The translations under genes were made by a program, and so were the position numbers. A DNA stretch of 64,000 bases from Paraphysomonas bandaiensis (taxonomy: Eukaryota; Protista; Chrysophyceae), in NCBI GenBank assembly GCA_965644295.1, contig CBFFRP010000077.1, positions 62,001 through 126,000 of the forward strand, written 5' to 3'. Under the pieces are notes generated by a model that was not told the DNA's origin, searched no databases, and saw only the letters and a list, made by a program, of their open reading frames with translations. Below are positions 60,504-64,000 of the stretch, piece after piece (within the stretch, counting starts at the first letter, position 1; each line of letters starts with the position of its first letter).

Positions 60504-63125
60504 ATGCTCCCATGTCTCACCTTCCTACTTTTCCTACTACCATACACCACCCCAACCCCCTCCAGTAGAGACATATGGTCTCGTCTCCATCCTCATTGGG
60601 ATGAGTGGATAGAGATGTGGCCAGGGGTGGGCTACTGCCGCTATGGACAAAGCCTTATTGCAGACATCAATAGCGAAGTGTGTACTCGTAAGAGGTGTTT
60701 ACTATCGTGGAATGCATCGAGTTTGATCGATTTGGATAAGCTGATAGGTGAGGAGGATGTCGTTCATCACGATCATTTGCATCACTGCTATTTACCCACT
60801 GGGGGACAGAGTAGACATACGGGTAAAGGGTCTCCCCAGGTTAGCTTTGTGGTGACTGTGTATGCGGATGATATGACCTCTGCTATGTCTCTTTTGGAGC
60901 TATATCGTACTGCCTCTGAGGTTCTTAGCGGGGAGTTCGTTTTGGTGTTCGACGTTGGCAGTTCTAATATGCCAGTTACGTTGCGTCTTATCGAGTATCT
61001 GCAGCGCATGTTTAATGCAGATATAACTGTAATCGACCACGTTGAACCAAAGGGCTATCTGATGAGCGCGAACGAGGGAATGCGAGTTGCACGCGGTAAA
61101 TATGCATTGCTGCTGAGTAGTGATGTGATTGTACTACCTGGTTGGATCGCCCTTATGATGAAAACGATACTTTCGCATCCCTCCAAAGTTGGTATGGTCG
61201 GACCGCTGATTCTAAATCCTGAAGGAAAAGTACGCGAGGCTGGTGGGTTCTTTCTCCAAGGAGGAAAGCTACAACGAATGGGTATTGGGGAAGTGCCCAA
61301 GAGACTGCCCGTGCGCCACGCCAGTGTTGTCGACTACCTTTCCCCTGCATGTGTGCTCGTTGACCGTGATTTATTCCTGCACCTAGGCTTGTTTGATACG
61401 CAGTTTAACCCGGCCTTCTATGAAGACCTGGATGCCGCATTAACGTATCGGTCCTTTGGCTATACCCTTGTACTACAGTCGTTAGCTGTGGTGGTGCGCA
61501 CAGATTCATCATATTATGGACCATCTGAAACACAACGAAACCACATTATGCCCTTGCATAAGGAGTTGTTTGAAAAGAAGCACGCAAGCGTACTGGGATC
61601 TTTCTGTCCCGAGAGGCCGCCCACTTGCCCTCAACCAGTCAGTCCGAGCGAGAATCATGCTTTTAGTTCATTTATCCGACAGCCAAACAGAGTCCTGATT
61701 CTCGATATTGTCCCTCCAGAGCCTGACAAAGATGCTGGATCCATTCGTCTATCCGAAATGATTGGAATCCTTCAGGGGGCGGGATTTTCGATAACGTTTG
61801 AGCCTTTTTCTACTGGACGGCATCCAAGGTATGTCCTGAAGATGATTTCTGAAGGTGTCAGCTACTTGTACCCGAAAATAGTGCAAGGTGTTTCCAAATA
61901 CGCTCAAAAGTACGGGCCACGACAACCTCTGGAAGTATGCCCCTGGAAGTTAATTATTGCTAGTCGCCGTGATATCTTCTGGGCGAATGCACGACACTTA
62001 AAGCGCCTCTGCCCGCGCACACCTATCATATTCGACACAGTGGATGTACACTTCCTCAGAGAGATACGCAAGTTCGACCAGGAAAGGAATGCACTTCTCA
62101 CCACACTACAAACTAGTGAAAGACATGCTGCGTTAAGTCGTCTGATGCAGATGGAGTCAAAGCTGATTACAATGACCGACAGAGAGATTAATCTAATGAA
62201 GATTGCCAATATAACATACGTGGTGAGTGCCTCTGAATACGAGTTGATCCGTCAGAAAGCTCCAGAAGTGGATGTGCGGATTGTATCAAACATGTACCGC
62301 CCACCTGTCAAATTTCTATATAGTGACCCGGTAATGCGTAACGGGGCTATATTTGTGGGGTCCATGTGTCACCCTCCTAATGTGGGTGCTGTGGAGTTCA
62401 TCGTGGACGAGATTCTAAGTAACAAAACTTTTCCGTTTGGCTTCAAGATGCACATAGTTGTTTCTCGATCAGCGGAATGCCCAGATACGATTATTGAAAA
62501 GGCTGCAGCGCATCGACTAGTCGAGCTGCATAGAGATATCTCCAACGAGGCGCTAGCAGATTTGCATGAACGCGTCAAAGTATGCCTTGCGCCAGTTAAA
62601 TATGGTGCAGGGGTGAAAGGCAAGGTGAACTATGCACTGCTGCATGGAGTTCCTGTAATATCCACAGTCGTTGGGGCAGAAGGGATGTACTTAGTGGACG
62701 GAGATAGCGTTATGATTGCAGACTCAGGACACGAGTTCTACACATCGTTAATAAAATTATACAGTGATGTTGAGCTCTGGCAGAAACTTCGCGCTGGGGG
62801 ACTCAAGGTTATGCAGGAGCATTTCAGCGTAGATGTTGCTCGTCAAACGATACTTCAGAGCTTAAAAGATTTAAATATAGAAATGGACTCAAAATCATGG
62901 ATTTGCCCGTATCGATCCCAATGCCCGTCACTGTTAAAACACGGGGGATTGACGGTCTTTCACTCGAATAAACCAGATAAGTTGTATGTAGGCGAGCCGC
63001 CGAAAGAAAAGATTGAATTCTTTAAGCTAGAATATATGTACCCATGGATAGTGAATAGGACAGCTATAAATGCAAAGAAGCAGAAAAAGTCGATTAGTAG
63101 AGCACTGAGAGGCAATGGAATGTAG
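60504..63125 (+). CDS. Intronless bifunctional glycosyltransferase (GT2 + GT4-like) with signal peptide
   Basis: MLPCLTFLLFLL leader. GT2 motifs GYLMSANEG..ARGKYALLLSSD, VDYLSPAC and FNPAFYEDLD; GT4-like motifs PEPDKDAGSIR, IFDTVDVHFLRE, FVGSMCHPPN and APVKYGAGVKGKV. Confidence 0.9.
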   Translation: MLPCLTFLLFLLPYTTPTPSSRDIWSRLHPHWDEWIEMWPGVGYCRYGQSLIADINSEVCTRKRCLLSWNASSLIDLDKLIGEEDVVHHDHLHHCYLPTGGQSRHTGKGSPQVSFVVTVYADDMTSAMSLLELYRTASEVLSGEFVLVFDVGSSNMPVTLRLIEYLQRMFNADITVIDHVEPKGYLMSANEGMRVARGKYALLLSSDVIVLPGWIALMMKTILSHPSKVGMVGPLILNPEGKVREAGGFFLQGGKLQRMGIGEVPKRLPVRHASVVDYLSPACVLVDRDLFLHLGLFDTQFNPAFYEDLDAALTYRSFGYTLVLQSLAVVVRTDSSYYGPSETQRNHIMPLHKELFEKKHASVLGSFCPERPPTCPQPVSPSENHAFSSFIRQPNRVLILDIVPPEPDKDAGSIRLSEMIGILQGAGFSITFEPFSTGRHPRYVLKMISEGVSYLYPKIVQGVSKYAQKYGPRQPLEVCPWKLIIASRRDIFWANARHLKRLCPRTPIIFDTVDVHFLREIRKFDQERNALLTTLQTSERHAALSRLMQMESKLITMTDREINLMKIANITYVVSASEYELIRQKAPEVDVRIVSNMYRPPVKFLYSDPVMRNGAIFVGSMCHPPNVGAVEFIVDEILSNKTFPFGFKMHIVVSRSAECPDTIIEKAAAHRLVELHRDISNEALADLHERVKVCLAPVKYGAGVKGKVNYALLHGVPVISTVVGAEGMYLVDGDSVMIADSGHEFYTSLIKLYSDVELWQKLRAGGLKVMQEHFSVDVARQTILQSLKDLNIEMDSKSWICPYRSQCPSLLKHGGLTVFHSNKPDKLYVGEPPKEKIEFFKLEYMYPWIVNRTAINAKKQKKSISRALRGNGM

Positions 63126-63289
63126 TTAGTGGAATAAACGACGATATTTTTGACATTGTACCCTGCATATTAATTTTTAGGCCTCCCCAGAAAATTGGGC
63201 ACTTTGAGCTCGCTGTTTTTTACTTCAGTGGATGCGGGTGGCTGAGTCAACTTTTGACGATTGAAGGAGTTGAAACACTATCTTTAACT

Positions 63290-64000
63290 ACTATTATATT
63301 TTATATTCTTAACTCAATGGCTTTAATTAAATCTTGTCAATCTAGATAGATTTCTACCTGTAGCTAAAACTACTACAAATTCTCATATCCTACTATGTAA
63401 CGCTACGAAAGCTGCTTGTGCGTCACCGCAAGCACCAAGGAGCAACCACATCCGCTCTTTTATGTGAGGGAAGATCTCAACGGACGTGAGTCCTTGGAGT
63501 GCAGATGCGTTTGGTCAGGGGAGCGCCCTTGGGGTAGGGATCTGCAGGGCTTCGGGAGGCACATCTGAATTTGTGAGTCGAGTATTCCTAGCCTGAGATA
63601 CATGGGCGAGGGGGTAGATTGCGGCTTTGGCGTGTCTGGAGGCGGCGCGAGCTACGAGTTGGGCTAGCTGGCGGAGACGGCGCCGTGGTATTTCCACTTG
63701 TGTAGGGGTTGGGGGAAAGGTACACGTGTGGGGTAGTAGGTATCCTCGCTGCACCTAGAAGTCGAAGAACCAGCAGTTTCCGTCGTGTGCTTCTACGTTT
63801 CTGACATGTTCTGGGGGGGAGTCTATGTGACCCCTTGGGTGTCGTAACGTAGCGGCGGCTGCGGTATTGAATGATTTATTTGGCTGCAGCATAAAGCGGA
63901 TGGAGAAGATCGACAACTGCCTTTTCTAGAGTACGAAGTCCTCGCGAGTTTAAAGCACAGTTGTATTGCGCTCCAAAAACATTCTCTTGCTGGGCCTCAG
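63290..64000 (-). mobile_element. 3' end of another degenerate LINE copy (runs off the window)
   Basis: Conserved 3' core at ~63400-63457; CCCTACCCCAAGGGCGCTCCCCTGAC (PYPKG..PD-like); similarity to 31250-31750. Confidence 0.85.

Overview
Gene-dense eukaryotic nuclear DNA with the standard code and many short (~40-60 nt) GT-AG introns. Gene content suggests a free-living protist, probably a stramenopile (inference only). There are about 15 intact genes: a large EF-hand protein, an SLC17-type transporter, JMJD5/KDM8, a Cu/Zn-SOD-fold protein, an intronless secreted nucleotidyltransferase-like protein, a split-PH/START/tail-anchor protein, GPC1, a J-domain/FN3/WW protein, a CBL-like EF-hand protein, RPP30, HAAO, SUV3, an SNX1/Vps5-type sorting nexin, a PPR protein and a bacterial-type GT2+GT4 glycosyltransferase. 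There is also a decayed sirtuin. Intergenic space is full of mobile DNA: an intact hAT transposon with deletion derivatives, two other TIR elements, several 5'-truncated RNase H-encoding LINEs, and nine copies of a non-autonomous retroposon. The most striking observation is that retroposon. All nine copies start at the same position (consensus CCCTCAAC). Its first ~90 nt can be folded by eye as an HDV-like double pseudoknot that parallels the trypanosome L1Tc/ingi Pr77 ribozyme-promoter, and its 3' tail is shared with the resident LINEs. Some copies look spliced, and one carries ~0.8 kb of gene-like cargo. Other highlights are an intact SOD1 homologue lacking three metal-ligand histidines and both disulfide cysteines, four long (TATG)n arrays that all lie just upstream of start codons, and a three-layer hAT>LINE>hAT nest. 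All alignments and folds were done by eye and no database searches were run.
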